Shown here piece after piece: positions 1-8,633 of a stretch of DNA of 64,000 bases. Both the position numbers and the translations under genes were made by a program. A model generated the notes under the pieces. That model saw only the letters and a program-made list of their open reading frames with translations, searched no databases and was not told the origin of the DNA. Every line of letters begins with the position of its first letter. Within the stretch, counting starts at the first letter, position 1. Source of the DNA: Bacteriovoracaceae bacterium (GTDB lineage Bacteria > Bdellovibrionota > Bacteriovoracia > Bacteriovoracales > Bacteriovoracaceae); assembly GCA_019752535.1 (NCBI GenBank), contig JAIEMA010000014.1, positions 42,036 through 106,035 on the forward strand, written 5' to 3'.

Positions 1-2373
1 TCCAGTCAACGATAGCTCACCAGTCATGGCGACATCGCCCCTGACTTTCTTATTCGTGGCCAAGCTATAAAGCGCCAAAGCCATCGTTATACCTGCAGAA
101 GGGCCATCTTTAGGTGTCGCACCGGCCGGCAAATGAAGATGAATCTCATGAGTTGCTAAAAAATCTGTCGCTTCTTCAGCGAGTGCTGGGTTAGCTGGAA
201 TTTTTAAAACATCCGATGGATTTGAAGGAACCGAAATCATTTTTGTTTTTTTCTTAGGTGTCTTCTTTTTATCCAACTCTTTTTTCACATCGATTTCATC
301 TTGAAGCATGCGCTTTACAAAACTGTATGCAAGATTAGCCGATTCATTCATGACATCACCGAGCTGACCGGTAAGTTTAAATCCTTTCCCCTTAAGAGGA
401 ATGGATTCAATGAAAAGAATGTCCCCACCAAATGCCGTCCAAGCAAGACCTGTCACTACGCCCGGCATGAGTGGCTTTTCAGCTTTATCAGTTTCAAATC
501 TTTTGCTGCCTAGGATTTTTTCTAGTTCGGCCGGAACAGGTGTGTATGTATGCTTTCTTTTGCTAGAAACTTTTTCTAAAGCAGCCCTACGACAAAGTTT
601 AGCAATGAGTTGCTCCATCACACGAACGCCTGGTTCGCGAGCATAGTCTGAGATTAATGCTTTAAGAAGTGGTGTTGAGAGCTTTAAATCCTTGGAAGTG
701 AGTCCATGTTTTTTTAGCTGCTTTGGAATCACCCACTTGGTCACGATTGAGAGTTTTTCTTCAAGAGTGTAGCCAGAGATTTCAATGAGCTCCATTCTAT
801 CTAAAAGAGCCTCAGGTATTTCCCCTACGTAGTTTGCAGTGGCTATGAAGAGAACTTTAGACAGATCAAATGGAACATCTAAGTAGTTATCAATAAATGT
901 TTTGTTTTGCTCTGGATCCAAAACCTCAAGTAATGCAGAAGCCGGATCACCTTGAAAACTTTTTCCAAGTTTATCGATCTCATCTAGCATAATGACAGGA
1001 TTATTCACTTCTACGCGCTTAAGAGCTTGTATCACTTTCCCTGGCATCGCTCCGACGTAAGTTCTTCGATGACCCTTGATCTCAGCTTCGTCACGCATTC
1101 CTCCAAGAGAGAAGCGATAAAATTTTCTTCCAAGAGCACGGGCAATACTGTGACCGAGAGATGTTTTACCCACGCCTGGAGGACCGGAGAGACACAAAAT
1201 TGTGCCATCATATTCCGGTTTAAGCTTTCTCACAGCTAAGAATTCCATAATTCTTTCTTTCGCTTTCTCTAAACCGTAATGATCTTTTTCAAGTATTTTT
1301 CGAGCAGCTGCAATATCGACTTGATCATCAGAGAATTTGTTCCAAGGTAGCTGAACCATCCACTGAAGGTATGTTCTGGTTACGTTGTATTCAGGAGAAC
1401 TATCTGGGATTGATTCGAGACGATCCAATTCTTCCAATGCAACTTTATGAGCATCTTCGGGAAGGCCTGCGGCATCAAGGGTTTCCTTAAGCTTTTTCAT
1501 GTCCTTGGCTTTTTCGTCTTCATCCATGCCAAGTTCATTTCTAATAACTTTTAGCTGCTCTCTTAAGAAGTACTCACGCTGGTACTTATTAACCTTATCA
1601 TTCACTTCATCTGTGATTTTTTTCTGAATATCTGCTACATCTTTTTCGCGCTTTAAATAAACCAGAAGTTTAGCAAAACGTTTTTTAACAACAAGAGTTT
1701 CGAGAAAGTCTTGCGCTTCAGGAACATCAAGCGAAAGCGCAAACGCAACCAAATCTGCTAAACTTCCAGGCGAGGGAGAATTCAACATCGCCAGTTTCAT
1801 CTCTTCATTAAAGTAAGGATTAATCTCTGAGAGTTTCTTCACCTGATTAATAACTGATCTTGTGTAAGCATCTAGTTCTTCATCTGGTTCATGAATATCA
1901 CTAAAGACCTCAGGACGACACATAAGGAGTGGCTTATCTCCTGTATATTCGACAGCACGAAATCTTCTCATCCCATGAACGAGAAGATTTACACTTCCAT
2001 CGGGTAGCTTAAGTTTTTTTACAATTTTACAAAGCACGCCCACTTTGTAGATATCATGTGGAGTCAGAGGACGGTTGATGGCTTCAGGTCCGTCCTGAAT
2101 ATCATGCTCCTCCTCTTCTTCAGCTTCATCGTCTTCATCGATCATTGTTTCATGATGATCTTTAAACTTTACGAGATTGAGCGCTATGTAATTATGTTTG
2201 CCAAGATAAGCATCTAATTCGGGTGTATATTTATCTTCTGATAAAATAATTGGGGCAATCATTCCTGGAAAGATAGGACTGTTCACAATTGGAATAATGA
2301 CAACCTCTGAAGGAATTTCTCCTAGAAATTGTGCATCTGAATTTGCTTTCATGTTCTTTTTTTCTTTAGCCAT
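1..2373 (-). CDS. lon: ATP-dependent Lon protease (LonA); the C-terminal end runs off the left edge of the window
   Basis: Absent from the ORF track because no stop codon lies in the window. Reading the minus strand from ATG 2373..2371 (preceded by GGGGAGAAAAT) gives MAKEKKNMKANSDAQFLGEIPSEVVIIPIVNSPIFPGM... It contains Walker A GPPGVGKTS and the protease motif HLHLPAGATPKDGPSAGITM. Confidence 0.9.
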   Translation of the reverse strand, partial: MAKEKKNMKANSDAQFLGEIPSEVVIIPIVNSPIFPGMIAPIILSEDKYTPELDAYLGKHNYIALNLVKFKDHHETMIDEDDEAEEEEEHDIQDGPEAINRPLTPHDIYKVGVLCKIVKKLKLPDGSVNLLVHGMRRFRAVEYTGDKPLLMCRPEVFSDIHEPDEELDAYTRSVINQVKKLSEINPYFNEEMKLAMLNSPSPGSLADLVAFALSLDVPEAQDFLETLVVKKRFAKLLVYLKREKDVADIQKKITDEVNDKVNKYQREYFLREQLKVIRNELGMDEDEKAKDMKKLKETLDAAGLPEDAHKVALEELDRLESIPDSSPEYNVTRTYLQWMVQLPWNKFSDDQVDIAAARKILEKDHYGLEKAKERIMEFLAVRKLKPEYDGTILCLSGPPGVGKTSLGHSIARALGRKFYRFSLGGMRDEAEIKGHRRTYVGAMPGKVIQALKRVEVNNPVIMLDEIDKLGKSFQGDPASALLEVLDPEQNKTFIDNYLDVPFDLSKVLFIATANYVGEIPEALLDRMELIEISGYTLEEKLSIVTKWVIPKQLKKHGLTSKDLKLSTPLLKALISDYAREPGVRVMEQLIAKLCRRAALEKVSSKRKHTYTPVPAELEKILGSKRFETDKAEKPLMPGVVTGLAWTAFGGDILFIESIPLKGKGFKLTGQLGDVMNESANLAYSFVKRMLQDEIDVKKELDKKKTPKKKTKMISVPSNPSDVLKIPANPALAEEATDFLATHEIHLHLPAGATPKDGPSAGITMALALYSLATNKKVRGDVAMTGELSLTG

Positions 2374-2411
2374 ATTTTCTCCCCTCGCTGTATGCGAGGT
2401 CTAAATTTGTA

Positions 2412-2879
2412 TTAGGGACGGATATCAATTACTAATCTTGCAGGATTCTCAAGATAGAAAACATCAAACGTTAATTTTGACTTAAGCTGCAATTCCATAG
2501 TCACTTGATTCTGGTCAATGGCTAGAAAATCTACTGCTTTTACATTTTTTGTATTTTTAAGTGATGAAATTTGTGGAGCAACATTTGTATCAAAAAAATC
2601 TACCGAGATTTTTTTTGAACCTTCATTTATATGACCATAAATTTTTGGAGCGTTTGCTCCGGCAAAATCAATGACAACTCTTTCGTAGCCACGATCGGCG
2701 ACATTTGAACTTCGTATTCCAGTTATAGAAGATTTTGTCCCTTGATTAAGATGAAAAATTCCATGACTAAGATAAATAGCCTTTTTTCTTGAAGCTAATT
2801 TCCAGATGCGTTCATCATTTAGATTTTGAGCTAAAGCTGAAAAGGAAATAATTCCGACTAAAATCCACAAGTATTTCAT
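2412..2879 (-). CDS. Secreted stand-alone AMIN-domain-like protein (function unknown)
   Basis: 155-aa ORF with signal peptide MKYLWILVGIISFSALAQ. The C-terminal part, ...ERVVIDFAG...VTMELQLKSKLTFDVFYLENPARLVIDIRP, has the pattern I recognise from AMIN domains (N-termini of PilQ/AmiC). Confidence 0.55.
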   Translation of the reverse strand: MKYLWILVGIISFSALAQNLNDERIWKLASRKKAIYLSHGIFHLNQGTKSSITGIRSSNVADRGYERVVIDFAGANAPKIYGHINEGSKKISVDFFDTNVAPQISSLKNTKNVKAVDFLAIDQNQVTMELQLKSKLTFDVFYLENPARLVIDIRP

Positions 2880-2920
2880 ACGCCCACCTCGTTATTCCTC
2901 AAAATTCTACAGAAGCTTCT

Positions 2921-4693
2921 TCAGTGAGGAAAGCGACGATGACGAATGAAAATTATTAAAATGAAACCTACGAACAAAGTGGCCATCCATGAACCGGAAC
3001 CGGGGCCACCCGAAGAAGGTGGCTGCCATGTACCACATGCGGCTGCCTGAGCTTGTGTCCCCTTATCTTCAGTTTCACCAGCTAGAGCTGCCGAAGAGAC
3101 GGGATTGGCCTTAACTGCGAATGAATAAGGTGCATCGATACAAGAATAATTATCAGAAAGAACCGCCACTTGATCTAAGTAATAGGGTGCTCCATTACGA
3201 ATGACGCTAGCAATCATGAACCATGGTTTGTCTTTTTTAACAAAATATTCAGGAACCGGCATATGAATAGCGGTCTCATAAGCAGAAAGCGCTCTCGGCA
3301 TCAATTTAACAGTTATATTATTAAGCGCAGGATTATTATGAAGTGGATAAGAGAGAATCCTGTCATATTTAGGTCTTAAGGTAGAGGCATCAAGAGCTGG
3401 TGAAGGAATTCCACCGCGATCAGAATCGATTGCAACTCCATTGGGTCCATCAATTTCGATCGAAAAATCTAAGGGTGATCCAATCGAAGCAGTCATGAAT
3501 TTTAATTCTAAATACACACTGCCAGATGGAACTGGAAGAGAAGTGAGGTCTAAATTTACAGTATCGGCCATTGAATTAGAATAACTAGAGGTAGGAAGAA
3601 CATCCGAAGAGCTGTAGTAACCTACAAAAGCAGACGCAGGTTTTGTCGTTGATGCAGTAAAATTATATTCACCACCACCAGAGGAATTTACTTTCGCCAA
3701 TAAATAGTCTTCCCCAACTCTCATCTGACATCGAATACTGACGACACCAATATCTAAACTCGATTGAGAGCTTGTGAGTTTTAAAGGTTGAGGATGTCCC
3801 TTCCCGCTAGTTCCACAGGTTTCAAAAAAACTTCCAACATATGAGTTAGGACAATAATTATTTTTTGCACTCCTATAGGCATCTGGAAGTGCAGTTAAAT
3901 AATTAAGAGGTTCAGTATAGATATAGTAAGTGTCTTCTAAGTTAAGTCCACTTACAGAAAATGAGCCATCTTCTTGTGAAATACTAGAGGCTGCGACAAT
4001 ACCTGTTTTGGTTGAGATCGCTTGCACGTGAGCACCAAAAATGGGGACATGATTCCCCCCTTCAATCTTACCTCTAATCGTTCCAAAGCCTGATTTTCCA
4101 TACACAACTCTCAACCCAGAGATATCATCCGAGTGTGGTGAATATTGACCCTTAAACGCTGTAAAAAGCATTGTGCTGTCACGCACTTCCGAGTGAGATA
4201 AACCAAAAAAATGTCCCATCTCATGGGCCACAACATCACCCAAATAAACGCGAGATAAAAGTCCTGCGCCAGGAGTTGTACAAATATTTGCTGCTTTATC
4301 TGCGGTAAGACAAAAGCCTCGACTGGCGGTCTGATTAATTAGAATATTTCCATTCGTTACTTTACCTAGTCCTGGATCATAACTTAAAACCGTAACTGCA
4401 ACGACGCCAGGACCGAAATATCTCTCATCAGATGAATAAGATAAAATATTATTTCCAGTACTGGATTGTGTGACTGTAATGGGAGAATACATATTCCATG
4501 TATTAATCACTTCTGAAAAAATGACTGAACTTTGTGAAGCTGTGACATCAGATGAATTGTTTACGATCACCAGTGGAACTTGCGTCGTCGCCCACTTAAT
4601 CGGAACACGTTGAGTTGATTCTGCTGGGATATATGAATACACTACCGAAATTGAATTCAGAATAATTAGGGCTAAGAAGAGTTTGAACTTCAA
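2921..4693 (-). CDS. Secreted zinc metalloprotease, metzincin (matrixin/M10-like) with a C-terminal anchor/sorting signal
   Basis: 590-aa ORF with an N-terminal signal peptide. It carries VAHEMGHFFGLSHSEVRDSTM (HExxHxxGxxH plus Met-turn, near 4190-4231). The segment GTIRGKIEGGNHVPIFGAHVQAIS...GSFSVSGL looks like a carboxypeptidase-regulatory-like beta-sandwich. The tail is AACGTWQPPSSGGPGSGSW-MATLFVGFILIIFI-RHRRFPH. Confidence 0.75.
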   Translation of the reverse strand: MKFKLFLALIILNSISVVYSYIPAESTQRVPIKWATTQVPLVIVNNSSDVTASQSSVIFSEVINTWNMYSPITVTQSSTGNNILSYSSDERYFGPGVVAVTVLSYDPGLGKVTNGNILINQTASRGFCLTADKAANICTTPGAGLLSRVYLGDVVAHEMGHFFGLSHSEVRDSTMLFTAFKGQYSPHSDDISGLRVVYGKSGFGTIRGKIEGGNHVPIFGAHVQAISTKTGIVAASSISQEDGSFSVSGLNLEDTYYIYTEPLNYLTALPDAYRSAKNNYCPNSYVGSFFETCGTSGKGHPQPLKLTSSQSSLDIGVVSIRCQMRVGEDYLLAKVNSSGGGEYNFTASTTKPASAFVGYYSSSDVLPTSSYSNSMADTVNLDLTSLPVPSGSVYLELKFMTASIGSPLDFSIEIDGPNGVAIDSDRGGIPSPALDASTLRPKYDRILSYPLHNNPALNNITVKLMPRALSAYETAIHMPVPEYFVKKDKPWFMIASVIRNGAPYYLDQVAVLSDNYSCIDAPYSFAVKANPVSSAALAGETEDKGTQAQAAACGTWQPPSSGGPGSGSWMATLFVGFILIIFIRHRRFPH

Positions 4694-4702
4694 ACTAATG
4701 AA

Positions 4703-5434
4703 CTACCTCGTCTTTTTTCTACCCCACCAAGCCGAGAGAGCTCCCAGGGCACTTAACATAGTGACTAACCAAAAGCTGTTCATCACATTTGGTTCATGAC
4801 TATTTTCCTTTTCATTGCCATGAGATGCAATTGAGCGGGAATTGCCTGTTTGTTGGTGAACCATTTGAGTTCGAGATTTCTGAAGCTCATAGGAATATTT
4901 ATCAGAGTAAACTTCTTTCAATGGTTTCGCTTTTAAACTCGCGACCTTACGTAAAAATTTCGACATTTCTATTCTTGAAAGCTCTGGATTTGAAGGAAAT
5001 ACCGAATTGATGAGAAGTGTAGTTTGACCAATCCTCACCACTTTAAAGGTCCCCATCGCTAGGCCTTGAACCCACAGACGGCCGTCCTCATTTTGCTTAA
5101 GAAAGATGACATTCTTTTCGCCTGAAACAAACTGAGGTGCGCCCTCGACTTGAGTGACTCTATGACCGATTCTTCCGCCGGGATAGTAAACTTTGACCTC
5201 TGTCAGACCGAATTCTTCTGCATCAAGACCACTTTCTCTCTCTATTTTAAATTGAGCCTCTGTGGCCATCGTTCCATCTTCTAGCTCAACAGACTTACTA
5301 CTTAGGAAATCACCCAACAAAATGGCATCGGCTGGCTGGATGAGCTTCTCAACGGGTAAGGGTTGAAAAGTAGTTGCATAACACATTGTTATTACAGATA
5401 AGTTAGCAAGCACTAGCTTAAGGAAGGTCTTCAT
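4703..5434 (-). CDS. Hypothetical exported protein with a C-terminal TM plus basic tail
   Basis: 243-aa ORF, 9 bp upstream of the metzincin gene. Signal peptide MKTFLKLVLANLSVITMCYA. The C-terminus is ...SHEPNVMNSFWLVTMLSALGALSAWWGRKKTR. I recognise no family. Confidence 0.5.
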   Translation of the reverse strand: MKTFLKLVLANLSVITMCYATTFQPLPVEKLIQPADAILLGDFLSSKSVELEDGTMATEAQFKIERESGLDAEEFGLTEVKVYYPGGRIGHRVTQVEGAPQFVSGEKNVIFLKQNEDGRLWVQGLAMGTFKVVRIGQTTLLINSVFPSNPELSRIEMSKFLRKVASLKAKPLKEVYSDKYSYELQKSRTQMVHQQTGNSRSIASHGNEKENSHEPNVMNSFWLVTMLSALGALSAWWGRKKTR

Positions 5435-5478
5435 ACCTTACTTATCGGCTCAACCTTATTTAAACTTGAGTAATTAAG

Positions 5479-8106
5479 TTAGACTTCTTTAAGCTCGATA
5501 TTATCTCTTGAAAAGATCAACTGCGAGTCTGCCAGCTGTGCAAAGAGTGGATCCGAATCAATAATAATTAAGGTGTTATTTCTTTGAGAAAGGTCTCGCA
5601 AGAAGAGACCTATACGAATCAGATCACTACTCGCAAGACCAAACGAAAGATTTTCAAATATCACTAAACTGTCTTCGAGATTTTTTAATAAGCACGACAA
5701 TAAATATAACCTTTGCTTCTCGCCGCCAGATAGGGTGTTGATCGGCCTGTCCAGAGAGAGATATTCAAGGTTCAATATTTTGAGATACTCCCATGTTCGC
5801 TTAAACTTTGGAGTCAGATCAATTCGATTTAATACTTCACCAATCGGCCTACTGAGCGCTTCATGAAGAGTCATGTATCCATCAGTTAATTCAGCATAAA
5901 TGGGCTTAATCTTTTTTCCCTTACAGTCATCACACGGGAGAATAATATCTTCCAAGTACTGCATCTCAATGACGAGATGTCCCCTCCCTTCACAGCGAGG
6001 ACACATTCCAAGTTCAGAGTTTGATGAGAGGTGACCATCTTTTAGCCCCATAGACTTCGCAACTGGGAGCTTGAGGAAATGCTTTCGAACAGAGGGAGCT
6101 AATTCCGTTAAACTGCCGACAGTCGATCGAGAAGTGAAGCGATTAAGATTTGAATCAACAAGAATAACTTCGTTAATATCTTTAAATCCTTTAATCGATT
6201 TGCAAAGTCCGGGATCATCTACAAGATTTTGGTGAGTTAATTTTCGATAAATCGAATTAGCCCCGATTCGAACAAGACATGTTGTTTTACCAGTACCAGA
6301 AGCTCCATGAGCCCAAATAAGCTGACCCACAGGTATTTTGAAACTTGGCCACATTAAACCATAATGACTTGGCTGATTGACTTCAATATAGTCCTGAGAT
6401 TTTTTTTGAATTACCGCCGGTTTCTTTTCAATTTTCTCTTTTTTAAATACATATTTTGAAGTTGAGTTATGAAAAAGAATTTCACCTCCCGCATCTCCTG
6501 AGCCGGGCCCCATAACAATGAGATGATCACTCTGCTTTTGTAAATATTCTGAGTGATCAATAATTATGACAGAATTCCCTTGTTCTATTATTTGTCTCAA
6601 ACCAGTTACAAGCATTTTTTGTTCAGCTAAGCCTAGCCCCAAGCTTGGCTCATCTAAGACAAATAGTGCACCTGTGCCTTCGAAGGAGAGATATTTTAAA
6701 AGCAAAAGTCTTTGATACTCACCAGCTGATAATGATCGTGTCTTGCGACTCAAATTTAAATGATCGAGACCAATCGAGCACGCGAGATCAAGCTTTCCAT
6801 GTATCGATTTTAATAGTTTTTGAGAATGATCTTTAGAATTCGTCATAGATTTTGAGACGATATTTCGAAATTCTTCAATACTCATTTTTGAAAAATCTTG
6901 AAGAGCATATTCATGGCTGCCAAATTTTGCTCTGTGATTGATCACTTTTTGATCTATCCTAGATCCTTGGCATACTTCGCAGAGAACTTCCATTTGAAGT
7001 TTTCTGATGAACACTCTCACTGCTGGCTTATATCTCTTAGACTCTAGATATGTTTTAACACCTTCAAACCCTTCCCAGTCACCCTGGCCATCCATCAAAA
7101 TTTTTAAAAATTCTTTAGGCAATTCCTTTATTGGTACTTTCGTCGACCATTTTTTCTTCTTCATTAGCTTGATCAACTCTTTATTCCACCAATCAAGAGG
7201 ACCAAACTTTAAAAAGCCAACACCAAATTCATCCACTGATAAATCTTCATCTATCAATTTATTTTTGTCATAAACCAAGTTCGCTCCATAGCCTTTGCAG
7301 TTCTTGCAGGCTCCAAGGGCGGAGTGCGGAGTAAATGAATGTGTTGTCACAATTCCTACGCTTGCAAAATCACATTTAGGGCATTGCTTATTTGATTTAA
7401 ATTCAAATTTAGCTAATTTTTTTGAAGATTCATTCCAAAGAAGAAGTGGCTTGCCCTTAATTTTCAAAATAAGATCCGCATTTTTTTGATTAAGCGATGC
7501 GAGCGTTGATCTTTTAAAACGGATGATCTCCCAGATCTCATCTTCTTCATCAAATTCACGAACTGTTTTTTGCTTTTGATTAAACGATCTTGCCGGTGAG
7601 AAATTTTCACCTAAAACTGCTCTCGCTAAGTCTTTCTCCGCCAAGAGGTGCCAAATATCAGTTTCATTTAATTTAGTTTTTTCAGCTAATTGCTCGGCTA
7701 ATCCTACTTCTATAAGCTCAGTTTTGTGTGTAGGACATAACTCTTTTGAGTATTGGTAGTAATAGCCCTGTAATAACTCAGTTAGGCGCATAATATCTGA
7801 AGCGACAGAGCGGGATCCTAAGACTGGATTTATCTGTGGAAGACCAAAAACTGGCAAAACTGGAAAAATTACATCTACATCTACGGCTGCGGGTCGATCT
7901 GAAAAAAATTTCATTGAGTTAGGAAACGAATTAACAAATCGTCTCTTCGATTCACTCAACAGAGTATGAAAAGCGAGAGAGGTTTTCCCCGATCCAGAAG
8001 CGCCAGCAAAACAGATTAATTTACCAAGTGGGAGATCAAGATCGATATTCTTTAAATTATGAACTCGGGCTCCACGAATTTTTATGACGTTTTTATCTGT
8101 TTTCAT
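5479..8106 (-). CDS. Divergent UvrA-family ABC ATPase (UvrA paralogue-like)
   Basis: 875 aa. The N-terminus IKIRGARVHNLKNIDLDLPLGKLICFAGASGSGKTSLAF is UvrA-like. The second Walker A is AHGASGTGKTT. Signatures are LSAGEYQRL and LSGGEKQRL. Zn modules are CPKCDF...CKNCKGYG, CEVCQGSR and CPRCEGRGHLVIEMQYLEDIILPCDDCKGKK. The rest is much more diverged than canonical UvrA. Confidence 0.8.
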   Translation of the reverse strand: MKTDKNVIKIRGARVHNLKNIDLDLPLGKLICFAGASGSGKTSLAFHTLLSESKRRFVNSFPNSMKFFSDRPAAVDVDVIFPVLPVFGLPQINPVLGSRSVASDIMRLTELLQGYYYQYSKELCPTHKTELIEVGLAEQLAEKTKLNETDIWHLLAEKDLARAVLGENFSPARSFNQKQKTVREFDEEDEIWEIIRFKRSTLASLNQKNADLILKIKGKPLLLWNESSKKLAKFEFKSNKQCPKCDFASVGIVTTHSFTPHSALGACKNCKGYGANLVYDKNKLIDEDLSVDEFGVGFLKFGPLDWWNKELIKLMKKKKWSTKVPIKELPKEFLKILMDGQGDWEGFEGVKTYLESKRYKPAVRVFIRKLQMEVLCEVCQGSRIDQKVINHRAKFGSHEYALQDFSKMSIEEFRNIVSKSMTNSKDHSQKLLKSIHGKLDLACSIGLDHLNLSRKTRSLSAGEYQRLLLLKYLSFEGTGALFVLDEPSLGLGLAEQKMLVTGLRQIIEQGNSVIIIDHSEYLQKQSDHLIVMGPGSGDAGGEILFHNSTSKYVFKKEKIEKKPAVIQKKSQDYIEVNQPSHYGLMWPSFKIPVGQLIWAHGASGTGKTTCLVRIGANSIYRKLTHQNLVDDPGLCKSIKGFKDINEVILVDSNLNRFTSRSTVGSLTELAPSVRKHFLKLPVAKSMGLKDGHLSSNSELGMCPRCEGRGHLVIEMQYLEDIILPCDDCKGKKIKPIYAELTDGYMTLHEALSRPIGEVLNRIDLTPKFKRTWEYLKILNLEYLSLDRPINTLSGGEKQRLYLLSCLLKNLEDSLVIFENLSFGLASSDLIRIGLFLRDLSQRNNTLIIIDSDPLFAQLADSQLIFSRDNIELKEV

Positions 8107-8175
8107 TTACTGAGAGGATAGACGGAGTGAAAAGATTTGGCGAAGAATGAAAAATTTGTCGCACTCTTGAATAAG

Positions 8176-8198
8176 AAAGGGCCCAAAAAGGGCCCTTT
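8176..8198 (-). terminator. Rho-independent terminator downstream of rplM-rpsI
   Basis: Perfect palindrome aaaGGGCCCaaaaaGGGCCCttt. On the minus strand the GGGCCC/GGGCCC stem is followed by TTTCTT, 24 nt after the rpsI stop. Confidence 0.65.
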
Positions 8199-8221
8199 CA
8201 ATTTGCGCTGTATGAAAAAAA

Positions 8222-8623
8222 TTAACGCTTAGAGAACTGACATGAACGACGTGCACCGCGAAGACCGTACTTTTTACGCTCAACCTTACGAGAGTCACGT
8301 GTGAGGAAGCCAGCTTTCTTAAGTTCGCCACGAGAATTCGGAGCAATCTTGAGAAGAGCGCGTGCGATACCCAAACGGATAGCACCGGCTTGACCAGTTA
8401 CACCGCCACCTTTGACGTTGATGTGGAAATCATATCCATCATTCATCTTCAAAAGCTGAAGTGGTTGGTTAACGATAATGCGGCTAGTACCTACTGGAAA
8501 GTAGTCACCAAGCTCGCGGTGATTAATAAGAATTTTCCCGCTTCCGCGAGAAACATAAACTCTAGCCACTGAAGTTTTACGGCGGCCTAAAGTGTGAACA
8601 TCGTATGCTTTTGTTTTGCTCAT
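8222..8623 (-). CDS. rpsI: 30S ribosomal protein S9
   Basis: 133 aa. Contains [20 protein letters not shown] and ends ...RRSCQFSKR, typical of S9. Lies directly downstream of rplM. Confidence 0.95.
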   Translation of the reverse strand: MSKTKAYDVHTLGRRKTSVARVYVSRGSGKILINHRELGDYFPVGTSRIIVNQPLQLLKMNDGYDFHINVKGGGVTGQAGAIRLGIARALLKIAPNSRGELKKAGFLTRDSRKVERKKYGLRGARRSCQFSKR

Positions 8624-8633
8624 GGTCTAATCC

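Noticed and set aside
301-1239. Three plus-strand ORFs (301-513, 401-646, 1027-1239) listed in the ORF track
   Set aside because: They lie antisense to, or out of frame within, an uninterrupted Lon protease reading frame with all canonical motifs. They have odd composition and no start context. They are shadow ORFs.
2880-2920. AGAAGCTTCT palindrome after the metzincin stop, as a possible terminator
   Set aside because: It is a 10-nt perfect palindrome with no loop and no T-run, so it cannot form a stable terminator hairpin. It is probably a chance HindIII-type site.
8107-8385. 92-aa minus-strand ORF overlapping rpsI and the rpsI terminator
   Set aside because: It is in an alternative frame of the highly conserved S9 gene and runs through the terminator hairpin. 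It has no SD and implausible sequence.
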